64,000 nucleotides of DNA from Centroscyllium fabricii (taxonomy: Eukaryota): assembly GCA_051313645.2 (NCBI GenBank), contig JBNRSN020000009.1:135408001-135472000 (forward strand), written 5' to 3'. Under the pieces are notes generated by a model. That model was not told the DNA's origin. It made no database searches and worked only from the letters and a program-made list of their open reading frames with translations. The translations under genes were made by a program, and so were the position numbers. Positions 25,801 to 38,007 of this stretch are shown one piece after another; positions within the stretch are counted from its first letter, which is position 1, and each line of letters opens with the position of its first letter.

Positions 25801-28800
25801 CCAGTCCCTCCAGACAGAGCCTGTCCCAGTCCCTCCAGACAGAGCCTGTCCCAGTCCCTCCAGACAGAGCCTGTCCCAGTCCCTCCAGACAGAGCCTGTC
25901 CCAGTCCCTCCAGACAGAGCCTGTCCCAGTCCCTCCAGACAGAGCCTGTCCCAGTCCCTCCAGACAGAGCCTGTCCCAGTCCCTCCAGACAGAGCCTGTC
26001 CCAGTCCCTCCAGACAGAGCCTGTCCCAGTCCCTCCAGACAGAGCCTGTCCCAGTCCCTCCAGACAGAGCCTGTCCCAGTCCCTCCAGACAGAGCCTGTC
26101 CCAGTCCCTCCAGACAGAGCCTGTCCCAGTCCCTCCAGACAGAGCCTGTCCCAGTCCCTCCAGACAGAGCCTGTCCCAGTCCCTCCAGACAGAGCCTGTC
26201 CCAGTCCCTCCAGACAGAGCCTGTCCCAGTCCCTCCAGACAGAGCCTGTCCCAGTCCCTCCAGACAGAGCCTGTCCCAGTCCCTCCAGACAGAGCCTGTC
26301 CCAGTCCCTCCAGACAGAGCCTGTCCCAGTCCCTCCAGACAGAGCCTGTCCCAGTCCCTCCAGACAGAGCCTGTCCCAGTCCCGCCAGACAGAGCCTGTC
26401 CCAGTCCCGCCAGACAGAGCCTGTCCCAGTCCCGCCAGACAGAGCCTGTCCCAGTCCCTCCAGACAGAGCCTGTCCCAGTCCCTCCAGACAGAGCCTGTC
26501 CCAGTCCCTCCAGACAGAGCCTGTCCCAGTCCCTCCAGACAGAGCCTGTCCCAGTCCCTCCAGACAGAGCCTGTCCCAGTCCCTCCAGACAGAGCCTGTC
26601 CCAGTCCCTCCAGACAGAGCCTGTCCCAGTCCCTCCAGACAGAGCCTGTCCCAGTCCCTCCAGACAGAGCCTGTCCCAGTCCCTCCAGACAGAGCCTGTC
26701 CCAGTCCCTCCAGACAGAGCCTGTCCCAGTCCCTCCAGACAGAGCCTGTCCCAGTCCCTCCAGACAGAGCCTGTCCCAGTCCCTCCAGACAGAGCCTGTC
26801 CCAGTCCCTCCAGACAGAGCCTGTCCCAGTCCCTCCAGACAGAGCCTGTCCCAGTCCCTCCAGACAGAGCCTGTCCCAGTCCCTCCAGACAGAGCCTGTC
26901 CCAGTCCCTCCAGACAGAGCCTGTCCCAGTCCCTCCAGACAGAGCCTGTCCCAGTCCCTCCAGACAGAGCCTGTCCCAGTCCCTCCAGACAGAGCGTGTC
27001 CCAGTCCCTCCAGACAGAGCTTGCCCCAGTCCCTCCAGACAGAGCTTGCCCCAGTCCCTCCAGACAGAGCTTGCCCCAGTCCCTCCACAGAGCTTGCCCC
27101 AGTCCCTCCAGACAGAGCTTGTCCCAGTCCCTCCAGACAGAGCTTGTCCCAGTCCCTCCAGACAGAGCTTGTCCCAGTCCCTCCGGACAGAGCTTGCCCC
27201 AGTCCCTCCAGACAGAGCTTGCCCCAGTCCCTCCACAGACAGAGATGGTCCCAGTCCCTCCAGACAGAGCTTGTCCCATTCTCACCAGTGTGTGTCCTAG
27301 TCCCCCAGACAGAGCGTTTCCTAGTCCCGAGACAGAGCGTTTCGTAGTCCTCCAGACAGTGTCCTAGTCCCCCAGACAGAGCTTGTCGCAGTCCCTCCAG
27401 ACAGAGCTTGTCCCAGTCCCTCCAGACAGAGCCTGTCGCAGTCCCACCAGACAGAGTGCGTCCTAGTCCCCCAGACAGAGCTTTTCATAGTCCTCCAGAC
27501 AGAGAGTGTCCTAGTCCCCCAGACAGAGCTTGTCCCAGTCACCCCAGACAGAGCGTGTCCCAGTCCCTCCAGACAGAGCTTGTCCCAGTCCCTCCAGACA
27601 GAGCTTGACCCAGTCCCACCAGACAGAGTGCGTCCTAGTCCCCCAGACAGAGCGTTTCATAGTCCTCCAGACAGAGTGTCCTAGTCCCCCAGACAGAGCT
27701 TGTCCCAGTCACCCCAGACAGAGCGTGTCCCAGTCCCTCCAGACAGAGCGTGTCCCAGTCCCTCCAGACAGAGCGTGTCCCAGTCCCTCCAGACAGAGCT
27801 TGTGCTAGTCCCCCAGACAGAGCTTGTCACAGTCCCTCCATAGACAGACTTGCCCCAGACCCTCCACAGTTTGTCCCAGTCCCTACAGACAGAACGTGTC
27901 CCAGTCCCTCCACAGACAGAACATGTCCCAGTCCCTCCACAGACAGAGCGTGCCCCAGTCCCTCCAGACAGAGCGTGCCCCAGTCCCTCCAGACAGAGCG
28001 TGCCCCAGTCCCTCCAGACAGAGCGTGCCCCAGTCCCTCCAGACAGAGCGTGCCCCAGTCCCTCCAGACAGAGCTTGTGCTAGTCCCCCAGACAGAGCTT
28101 GTCACAGTCCCTCCATAGACAGACTTGCCCCAGACCCTCCACAGTTTGTCCCAGTCCCTACAGACAGAACGTGTCCCAGTCTCTCCACAGACAGAACGTG
28201 TCCCAGTCCCTCCACAGACAGAGCGTGCCCCAGTCCCTCCACAGACAGAGCGTGCCCCAGTCCCTCCAGACAGAGCGTGCCCCAGTCCCTCCAGACAGGA
28301 GCGTGCCCCAGTCCCTCCAGACAGGAGCGTGCCCCAGTCCCTCCAGAGCGTGTCCCAGTCCCTCCAGACAGAGCTTGCCCCAGTCCCTCCAGACAGAGCT
28401 TGCCCCAGTCCCTCCAGACAGAGCTTGCCCCAGTCCCTCCAGACAGAGCTTGCCCCAGTCCCTCCAGACAGAGCTTGCCCCAGTCCCTCCAGACAGAGCT
28501 TGTCCCAGTCCCTCCGGACAGAGCTTGTCCCAGTCCCTCCGGACAGAGCTTGTCCCAGTCCCTCCGGACAGAGCTTGTCCCAGTCCCTCCGGACAGAGCT
28601 TGCCCCAGTCCCTCCACAGACAGAGATGGTCCCAGTCCCTCCAGACAGAGCTTGTCCCATTCTCACCAGTGTGTGTCCTAGTCCCCCAGACAGAGCGTTT
28701 CCTAGTCCCGAGACAGAGCGTTTCGTAGTCCTCCAGACAGTGTCCTAGTCCCCCAGACAGAGCTTGTCGCAGTCCCTCCAGACAGAGCTTGTCCCAGTCC

Positions 28801-31800
28801 CTCCAGACAGAGCCTGTCCCAGTCCCACCAGACAGAGTGCGTCCTAGTCCCCCAGACAGAGCTTTTCATAGTCCTCCAGACAGAGAGTGTCCTAGTCCCC
28901 CAGACAGAGCTTGTCCCAGTCACCCCAGACAGAGCGTGTCCCAGTCCCTCCAGACAGAGCTTGTCCCAGTCCCACCAGACAGAGTGCGTCCTAGTCCCCC
29001 AGACAGAGCGTTTCATAGTCCTCCAGACAGAGAGTGTCCTAGTCCCCCAGACAGAGCTTGTCCCAGTCACCCAAGACAGAGCGTGTCCCAGTCCCTCCAG
29101 ACAGAGCGTGTCCCAGTCCCTCCAGACAGAGGGTGTCCCAGTCACTCCAGACAGAGGGTGTCCCAGTCACTCCAGACAGAGCTGGTCCCAGTCCCTCCAC
29201 AGCCAGAGCTTGTCCCAGTCCCTCCGGACAGAGCTTGTCCCAGTCCCTCCGGACAGAGCGTGTCCCAGTCCCTCCGGACAGAGCGTGTCCCAGCCCCTCC
29301 GGACAGAGCGTGTCCCAGCCCCTCCGGACAGAGCGTGTCCCAGCCCCTCCGGACAGAGCGTGTCCCAGCCCCTCCGGACAGAGCGTGTCCCAGCCCCTCC
29401 GGACAGAGCGTGTCCCAGTCCCTCCGGACAGAGCGAGTCCCAGTCCCTCCGGACAGAGCTTGCCCCAGTCCCTCCGGACAGGGCGTGCCCCAGTCCCTCC
29501 AGACAGAGCGTGTCCCAGTCCCTCCAGACAGAGCTTGTGCTAGTCCCCCAGACAGAGCTTGTCACAGTCCCTCCATAGACAGACTTGCCCCAGACCCTCC
29601 ACAGTTTGTCCCAGTCCCTACAGACAGAACGTGTCCCAGTCCCTCCACAGACAGAACGTGTCCCAGTCCCTCCACAGACAGAGCGTGCCCCAGTCCCTCC
29701 AGACAGAGCGTGCCCCAGTCCCTCCAGACAGAGCGTGCCCCAGTCCCTCCAGACAGAGCGTGCCCCAGTCCCTCCAGACAGAGCGTGCCCCAGTCCCTCC
29801 AGACAGAGCGTGCCCCAGTCCCTCCAGACAGAGCGTGCCCCAGTCCCTCCAGACAGAGCTTGCCCCAGTCCCTCCAGACAGAGCTTGTGCTAGTCCCCCA
29901 GACAGAGCTTGTCACAGTCCCTCCATAGACAGACTTGCCCCAGACCCTCCAGTTTGTCCCAGTCCCTACAGACAGAACGTGTCCCAGTCTCTCCACAGAC
30001 AGAACGTGTCCCAGTCCCTCCACAGAGCGTGCCCCAGTCCCTCCACAGACAGAGCGTGCCCCAGTCCCTCCAGACAGAGCGTGCCCCAGTCCCTCCAGAC
30101 AGAGCGTGCCCCAGTCCCTCCAGACAGAGCGTGCCCCAGTCCCTCCAGACAGAGCGTGCCCCAGTCCCTCCAGACAGAGCGTGCCCCAGTCCCTCCAGAC
30201 AGGAGCGTGCCCCAGTCCCTCCAGACAGGAGCGTGCCCCAGTCCCTCCAGACAGGAGCGTGCCCCAGTCCCTCCAGACAGGAGCGTGCCCCAGTCCCTCC
30301 AGACAGGAGCGTGCCCCAGTCCCTCCAGACAGGAGCGTGCCCCAGTCCCTCCAGACAGGGCGTGCCCCAGTCCCTCCAGACAGAGCGTGTCCCAGTCCCT
30401 CCAGACAGAGCTTGTGCTAGTCCCCCAGACAGAGCTTGTCACAGTCCCTCCATAGACAGACTTGCCCCAGACCCTCCACAGTTTGTCCCAGTCCCTACAG
30501 ACAGAACGTGTCCCAGTCCCTCCACAGACAGAACGTGTCCCAGTCCCTCCACAGACAGAGCGTGCCCCAGTCCCTCCAGACAGAGCGTGCCCCAGTCCCT
30601 CCAGACAGAGCGTGCCCCAGTCCCTCCAGACAGAGCGTGCCCCAGTCCCTCCAGACAGAGCGTGTCCCAGTCCCTCCAGACAGAGCTTGTGCTAGTCCCC
30701 CAGACAGAGCTTGTCACAGTCCCTCCATAGACAGACTTGCCCCAGACCCTCCACAGTTTGTCCCAGTCCCTACAGACAGAACGTGTCCCAGTCCCTCCAC
30801 AGACAGAGCGTGCCCCAGTCCCTCCAGACAGAGCGTGCCCCAGTCCCTCCAGACAGGAGCGTGCCCCAGTCCCTCCAGACAGGAGCGTGCCCCAGTCCCT
30901 CCAGACAGGAGCGTGCCCCAGTCCCTCCAGACAGGAGCGTGTCCCAGTCCCTCCAGACAGGAGCGTGTCCCAGTCCCTCCAGACAGGAGCGTGTCCCAGT
31001 CCCTCCAGACAGGAGCGTGTCCCAGTCCCTCCAGACAGGAGCGTGTCCCAGTCCCGCCAGACAGGAGCGTGTCCCAGTCCCTCCAGACAGGAGCGTGTCC
31101 CAGTCCCTCCAGACAGGAGCGTGTCCCAGTCCCTCCAGACAGGAGCGTGTCCCAGTCCCTCCAGACAGAGCGTGTCCCAGTCCCTCCAGACAGAGCGTGT
31201 CCCAGTCCCTCCAGACAGAGCGTGTCCCAGTCCCTCCAGACAGAGCGTGTCCCAGTCCCTCCAGACAGAGCGTGTCCCAGTCCCTCCAGACAGAGCGTGT
31301 CCCAGTCCCTCCAGACAGAGCGTGTCCCAGTCCCTCCAGACAGAGCGTGTCCCAGTCCCTCCAGACAGAGCGTGTCCCAGTCCCTCCAGACAGAGCGTGT
31401 CCCAGTCCCTCCAGACAGAGCGTGTCCCAGTCCCTCCAGACAGAGCGTGTCCCAGTCCCTCCAGACAGAGCGTGTCCCAGTCCCTCCAGACAGAGCGTGT
31501 CCCAGTCCCTCCAGACAGAGCGTGTCCCAGTCCCTCCAGACAGAGCGTGTCCCAGTCCCTCCAGACAGAGCGTGTCCCAGTCCCTCCAGACAGAGCGTGT
31601 CCCAGTCCCTCCAGACAGAGCGTGTCCCAGTCCCTCCAGACAGAGCGTGTCCCAGTCCCTCCAGACAGAGCGTGTCCCAGTCCCTCCAGACAGAGCGTGC
31701 CCCAGTCCCTCCAGACAGAGCGTGCCCCAGTCCCTCCAGACAGAGCGTGTCCCAGTCCCTCCAGACAGAGCTTGTGCTAGTCCCCCAGAGAGCTTGTCAC

Positions 31801-34800
31801 AGTCCCTCCATAGACAGACTTGCCCCAGACCCCACAGTTTGTCCCAGTCCCTCCAGACAGAGCGTGTCCCAGTCCCTCCAGACAGAGCGTGTCCCAGTCC
31901 CTCCAGACAGAGCGTGTCCCAGTCCCTCCAGACAGAGCGTGTCCCAGTCCCTCCAGACAGAGCGTGTCCCAGTCCCTCCAGACAGAGCGTGTCCCAGTCC
32001 CTCCAGACAGAGCGTGTCCCAGTCCCTCCAGACAGAGCGTGTCCCAGTCCCTCCAGACAGAGCGTGTCCCAGTCCCTCCAGAGCGTGTCCCAGTCCCTCC
32101 AGACAGAGCGTGTCCCAGTCCCTCCAGACAGACCGTGTCCCAGTCCCTCCAGACAGAGCGTGTCCCAGTCCCTCCAGACAGAGCGTGTCCCAGTCCCTCC
32201 AGACAGAGCGTGTCCCAGTCCCTCCAGACAGAGCGTGTCCCAGTCCCTCCAGACAGAGCGTGTCCCAGTCCCTCCAGACAGAGCGTGCCCCAGTCCCTCC
32301 AGACAGAGCGTGCCCCAGTCCCTCCACAGACAGAGCGTGCCCCAGTCCCTCCAGACAGAGCGTGCCCCAGTCCCTCCAGACAGAGCGTGCCCCAGTCCCT
32401 CCAGACAGAGCGTGTCCCAGTCCCTCCAGACAGAGCTTGTGCTAGTCCCCAGACAGAGCTTGTCACAGTCCCTCCATAGACAGACTTGCCCCAGACCCTC
32501 CACAGTTTGTCCCAGTCCCTACAGACAGAACGTGTCCCAGTCCCTCCACAGACAGAGCGTGCCCCAGTCCCTCCAGACAGAGCGTGCCCCAGTCCCTCCA
32601 GACAGAGCGTGCCCCAGTCCCTCCAGACAGAGCGTGCCCCAGTCCCTCCAGACAGAGCGTGCCCCAGTCCCTCCAGACAGAGCGTGCCCCAGTCCCTCCA
32701 GACAGAGCGTGTCCCAGTCCCTCCAGACAGAGCTTGTGCTAGTCCCCCAGACAGAGCTTGTCACAGTCCCTCCATAGACAGACTTGCCCCAGACCCTCCA
32801 CAGTTTGTCCCAGTCCCTACAGACAGAACGTGTCCCAGTCCCTCCACAGACAGAGCGTGCCCCAGTCCCTCCACAGACAGAGCGTGCCCCAGTCCCTCCA
32901 CAGACAGAGCGTGCCCCAGTCCCTCCACAGACAGAGCGTGCCCCAGTCCCTCCAGGCAGGAGCGTGCCCCAGTCCCTCCAGGCAGGAGCGTGCCCCAGTC
33001 CCTCCAGGCAGGAGCGTGCCCCAGTCCCTCCAGGCAGGAGCGTGCCCCAGTCCCTCCAGGCAGGAGCGTGCCCCAGTCCCTCCAGGCAGGAGCGTGCCCC
33101 AGTCCCTCCAGGCAGGAGCGTGCCCCAGTCCCTCCAGGCAGGAGCGTGCCCCAGTCCCTCCAGGCAGGAGCGTGCCCCAGTCCCTCCAGGCAGGAGCGTG
33201 CCCCAGTCCCTCCAGGCAGGAGCGTGCCCCAGTCCCTCCAGGCAGGAGCGTGCCCCAGTCCCTCCAGGCAGGAGCGTGCCCCAGTCCCTCCAGGCAGGAG
33301 CGTGCCCCAGTCCCTCCAGGCAGGAGCGTGCCCCAGTCCCTCCAGGCAGGAGCGTGCCCCAGTCCCTCCAGGCAGGAGCGTGCCCCAGTCCCTCCAGGCA
33401 GGAGCGTGCCCCAGTCCCTCCAGGCAGGAGCGTGCCCCAGTCCCTCCAGACAGGAGCGTGCCCCAGTCCCTCCAGACAGGAGCGTGCCCCAGTCCCTCCA
33501 GACAGGAGCGTGCCCCAGTCCCTCCAGACAGGAGCGTGCCCCAGTCCCTCCAGACAGGAGCGTGCCCCAGTCCCTCCAGACAGGAGCGTGCCCCAGTCCC
33601 TCCAGACAGGAGCGTGCCCCAGTCCCTCCAGACAGGAGCGTGCCCCAGTCCCTCCAGACAGGAGCGTGCCCCAGTCCCTCCAGACAGGAGCGTGCCCCAG
33701 TCCCTCCAGACAGGAGCGTGCCCCAGTCCCTCCAGACAGGAGCGTGCCCCAGTCCCTCCAGACAGGAGCGTGCCCCAGTCCCTCCAGACAGGAGCGTGCC
33801 CCAGTCCCTCCAGACAGGAGCGTGCCCCAGTCCCTCCAGACAGGAGCGTGCCCCAGTCCCTCCAGACAGGAGCGTGCCCCAGTCCCTCCAGACAGGAGCG
33901 TGCCCCAGTCCCTCCAGACAGGAGCGTGCCCCAGTCCCTCCAGACAGGAGCGTGCCCCAGTCCCTCCAGACAGGAGCGTGCCCCAGTCCCTCCAGACAGG
34001 AGCGTGCCCCAGTCCCTCCAGACAGGAGCGTGCCCCAGTCCCTCCAGACAGGAGCGTGCCCCAGTCCCTCCAGACAGGAGCGTGCCCCAGTCCCTCCAGA
34101 CAGGAGCGTGCCCCAGTCCCTCCAGACAGGAGCGTGCCCCAGTCCCTCCAGACAGGAGCGTGCCCCAGTCCCTCCAGACAGGAGCGTGCCCCAGTCCCGC
34201 CAGACAGGAGCGTGTCCCAGTCCCGCCAGACAGGAGCGTGTCCCAGTCCCTCCAGACAGAGCGTGTCCCAGTCCCTCCAGACAGAGCGTGTCCCAGTCCC
34301 TCCAGACAGAGCGTGTCCCAGTCCCTCCAGACAGAGCGTGTCCCAGTCCCTCCAGACAGAGCGTGTCCCAGTCCCTCCAGACAGAGCGTGTCCCAGTCCC
34401 TCCAGACAGAGCGTGTCCCAGTCCCTCCAGACAGAGCGTGTCCCAGTCCCTCCAGACAGAGCGTGTCCCAGTCCCTCCAGACAGAGCGTGTCCCAGTCCC
34501 TCCAGACAGAGCGTGTCCCAGTCCCTCCAGACAGAGCGTGTCCCAGTCCCTCCAGACAGAGCGTGTCCCAGTCCCTCCAGACAGAGCGTGTCCCAGTCCC
34601 TCCAGACAGAGCGTGTCCCAGTCCCTCCAGACAGAGCGTGTCCCAGTCCCTCCAGACAGAGCGTGTCCCAGTCCCTCCAGACAGAGCGTGTCCCAGTCCC
34701 TCCAGACAGAGCGTGCCCCAGTCCCTCCAGACAGAGCGTGCCCCAGTCCCTCCAGACAGAGCGTGTCCCAGTCCCTCCAGACAGAGCTTGTGCTAGTCCC

Positions 34801-35591
34801 CCAGAGAGCTTGTCACAGTCCCTCCATAGACAGACTTGCCCCAGACCCCACAGTTTGTCCCAGTCCCTCCAGACAGAGCGTGTCCCAGTCCCTCCAGACA
34901 GAGCGTCTCCCAGTCCCTCCAGACAGAGCGTCTCCCAGTCCCTCCAGACAGAGCGTCTCCCAGTCCCTCCAGACATAGCGTCTCCCAGTCCCTCCAGACA
35001 GAGCGTCTCCCAGTCCCTCCAGACAGAGCGTCTCCCAGTCCCTCCAGACAGAGCGTCTCCCAGTCCCTCCAGACAGAGCGTGTCCCAGTCCCTCCAGACA
35101 GAGCGTGTCCCAGTCCCTCCAGACAGAGCGTGTCCCAGTCCCTCCAGACAGAGCTTGTCCCAGTCCCTCCAGAGCCTGTCCCATTCCCCCAGACAGAGCT
35201 TGTCACAGTCCCTCCACAGACAGCTTGTCCCAGTCCCTCCACAGACAGCTTGTCCCAGTCCCTCCACAGACAGAGCTTATCCCAGTCCCTCCAGACAGCT
35301 TGTCCCAGTACCTCCAGACAGAGCTTTTCCCAGTCCCTCCAGACAGAGCTTGTCCCAGTCCCTCCAGACAGAGCTTGTCCCTGTCCCTCCAGACAGAGCT
35401 TGCGCTAGTCCCCCAGACAGAGCTTGTCCCAATCTCTCCAGACAGCTTGTCCCAGTCCCTCCAGACAGAGCTTGTGCTAGTCCCCCAGACAGAGCTTGTC
35501 CCAGTCCCTCCAGACAGAGCTTGTCCCAGTCCCTCCAGACAGAGCTTGTCCCAGTCCCTCCAGACAGAGCGTGTCCCAGTCCCTCCAGACA

Positions 35592-35976
35592 GGGCGGCAC
35601 GGTGGCATAGTGGTTAGTACTGTCGCCTTACAGCACTAGGGACCCATGTTCAAATCCAGCCTCGGGTACTATCTGTGTGGAGTTTGCACATTCTCCCCAT
35701 GTCTGCGTGGGTTTCCTCCGGGTGCTCCGGTTTCCTTCCACAGTCCAAACATTTGCGGGTTAGGTTGATTTACCAGGATAAATTGACCCTTACTGTGTGG
35801 GGTTACAGGGACAGGGTGGGATATGTGTCGGTGCAGGCTCGAGAGGGATCAAGGGATATGGGGATGGGGCGGGGACGGCGTGCTGGGTTTGGATGATCAG
35901 CCATGATCTCATTGAATGGCGGAGCAGGCTCGAAGGGCCAAATGGCCTACTCCTGCTCCAATCTTCTATGTTTCTA
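35592..35976 (+). mobile_element. HE1-like V-SINE inserted in the satellite
   Basis: gggcggcacggtggcatagtggttag...ttctatgtttcta. Confidence 0.9.
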
Positions 35977-36316
35977 TGTCCGAGTCCCTCCAGACAGAGC
36001 GTGTCCCAGTCCCTCCAGACAGAGCGTGTCTAAGTCCCTCCAGACAGAGCGTGTCCCAGTCCCTCCAGACAGAGCGTGTCCCAGTCCCTCCAGACAGAGC
36101 GTGTCCCAGTCCCTCCAGACAGAGCGTGTCCCAGTCCCTCCAGACAGTGTGTCCCAGTCCCTCCAGACAGAGCATGTCCCAGTCCCTCCAGACAGAGCAT
36201 GTCCCAGTCCCCCAGACAGAGAGTGCCCTAGTCCCCCAGACAGAGCTTGTCCCAGTCCCGCCAGACAGAGCTTGTCCCAGTCCCCCAGACAGAGTGTGCC
36301 CCAGTCCCTCTAGACA

Positions 36317-36694
36317 GGGCGGCATGGTGACATAGTGGTTAGCACTGTTGCCTCACAGCGCTGGGGGCCCGGGTTCAAATCCAGCCTCGGGTACTATCTG
36401 TGTGGAGTTTGCACATTCTCCCCGTGTCTGCATGGGTTTCCTCCGGGTGCTCCGGTTTCCTCCCACAGTCCAAAGATGTGCGGGTTAGGTTGATTGGCCG
36501 GGATAAATTGACCCTTAGTGTTAGGGGGATTAAATATGTGGGGTTACAGGGACAGGGTGGGATGTGTCGGTGCAGGCTCGAAGGATATGGGGACGGTGTG
36601 CTGGGTTTGCATGATCAGCTATGATCTCATTGAATGGCGGAGCAGGGTCGAAGGGCCGAATGGCCTACTCCTGCTCCTATCTGCCATGTTTCTA
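36317..36694 (+). mobile_element. HE1-like V-SINE inserted in the satellite
   Basis: gggcggcatggtgacatagtggttag...atgtttcta. Confidence 0.9.
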
Positions 36695-37454
36695 TGTCCC
36701 AGTCCCTCCAGACAGAGCCTGTCCCAGTCCCTCCAGACAGAGCCTGTCCCAGTCCCTCCAGACAGAGCCTGTCCCAGTCCCTCCAGACAGAGCCTGTCCC
36801 AGTCCCTCCAGACAGAGCTTGTCCCAGTCCCTCCAGACAGAGCTTGTCCCAGTCCCTCCAGACAGAGCTTGTCCCAGTCCCTCCAGACAGAGCTTGTCCC
36901 AGTCCCTCCAGACAGAGCATGTCCCAGTACCTCCAGACAGAGCTTGCCCCAGTCCCTCCACAGACAGTGCTTGTCCCAGTCCCTCCAGACAGAGCTTGTC
37001 CCAGTCCCTCCAGAGCCTGACCCTGTCCCTCCAGACAGAGCTTATCCCAGTCCCTCCAGACAGAGCTTATCCCAGTCCCTCCAGACAGAGCTTATCCCAG
37101 TCCCTCCACAGAGAGGGTGGAAGAGGGCGCAGGCGGAAGATGGCGCAGGCTATCTGTGCTCCTCAAACAGGCCTTTGAAAAAGAAAGAAAAGCAGATGTG
37201 GAAGCCTTGAATGTCGTGGAGATATATATATATTTAACAAACAGGAAGGCATTCCAGCAGAGACATGTGTAATTAAAGATATTTGTCCATTGCCTAGACC
37301 ATCAGACAATGGTACTGGATATTGGTATGGTCAGAACTCTGGAATTGTTTATGATCAGCAATCTGTTCAATAACCCAAGGGTCATAAAATGTCCAGCCAG
37401 TTTCAAATTGATGATCGAAGGGGGCACAAGCTGAAAGTTGCTGAGAAGCGCATT

Positions 37455-37787
37455 CATAGAATCGCTACAGTGCAGATAGAGGCCATTTCGGCCAATCGAG
37501 CCTGCACCGACACATATCCCACCCTATTCCCGTAACCCCACATATTCCCACCCTATCCCCGTAACCCCACATATTTAATCCCCCTAGCACTAAGGGTCAA
37601 TTTATCATGGCCAATCAACCTAACCTGCACATCTTTGGACTGTGGGAGGAAACCGGAGCACCCGGAGGAAACCCACGCAGACACGGGGAGAATGTGCAAA
37701 CTCCACACAGATAGTACCCGAGGCTGGATTTGAACCCGGACCCCAGCGCTGTGAGGCAACAGTGCTAACCACTATGCCACCGTGCCG
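37455..37787 (-). mobile_element. HE1-like V-SINE with a variant 3' tail
   Basis: Same head and core as the other copies; different short tail (atagaatcgctacagtgcagatagaggcc) and a ~25-bp internal duplication. Confidence 0.85.
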
Positions 37788-38007
37788 TGAATTCTTGAAG
37801 TCACATGCACATCCAATGAAATGGGTGTAACAGGGGAAAGCTCTTGAAAAGTTGTCACTTCGGGAGAACAGGGGAAGCGTCCGAACACAGCCCGGTGCTC
37901 CAAGTGTGAGGGTGTCTCAACTGCTCAAAGACAGCTTGTATTAGAATAGGTCTGATGGACTTGTTAACTGTCTGATTAAGTTTGCATGGACTGTTGACTA
38001 AAGGTAA

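Larger units (their letters stand above)
12254..37110. repeat. Giant 25-bp satellite array (consensus GTCCCAGTCCCTCCAGACAGAGC[TT/GT/GC/CT]), roughly 900 units, interrupted by four SINEs
   Basis: Read directly; lies entirely within the RRP9 intron 11131-39004; 24-, 26- and 29-bp variant units present. Confidence 0.98.

Noticed and set aside
35592-35665. tRNA gene
   Set aside because: It is the tRNA-derived head of an HE1 SINE and continues directly into the SINE body.
12254-37110. CRISPR-like array
   Set aside because: Head-to-tail units with no unique spacers, no cas genes, vertebrate context.
12939-37210. Dozens of long ORFs (up to 959 aa) such as PVPPDRACPSPSRQSLSQSLQTE repeats
   Set aside because: A 25-bp unit lacking stops cycles through all frames on both strands. 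The ORFs overlap in all six frames and lie in an RRP9 intron, so there is no evidence of coding.
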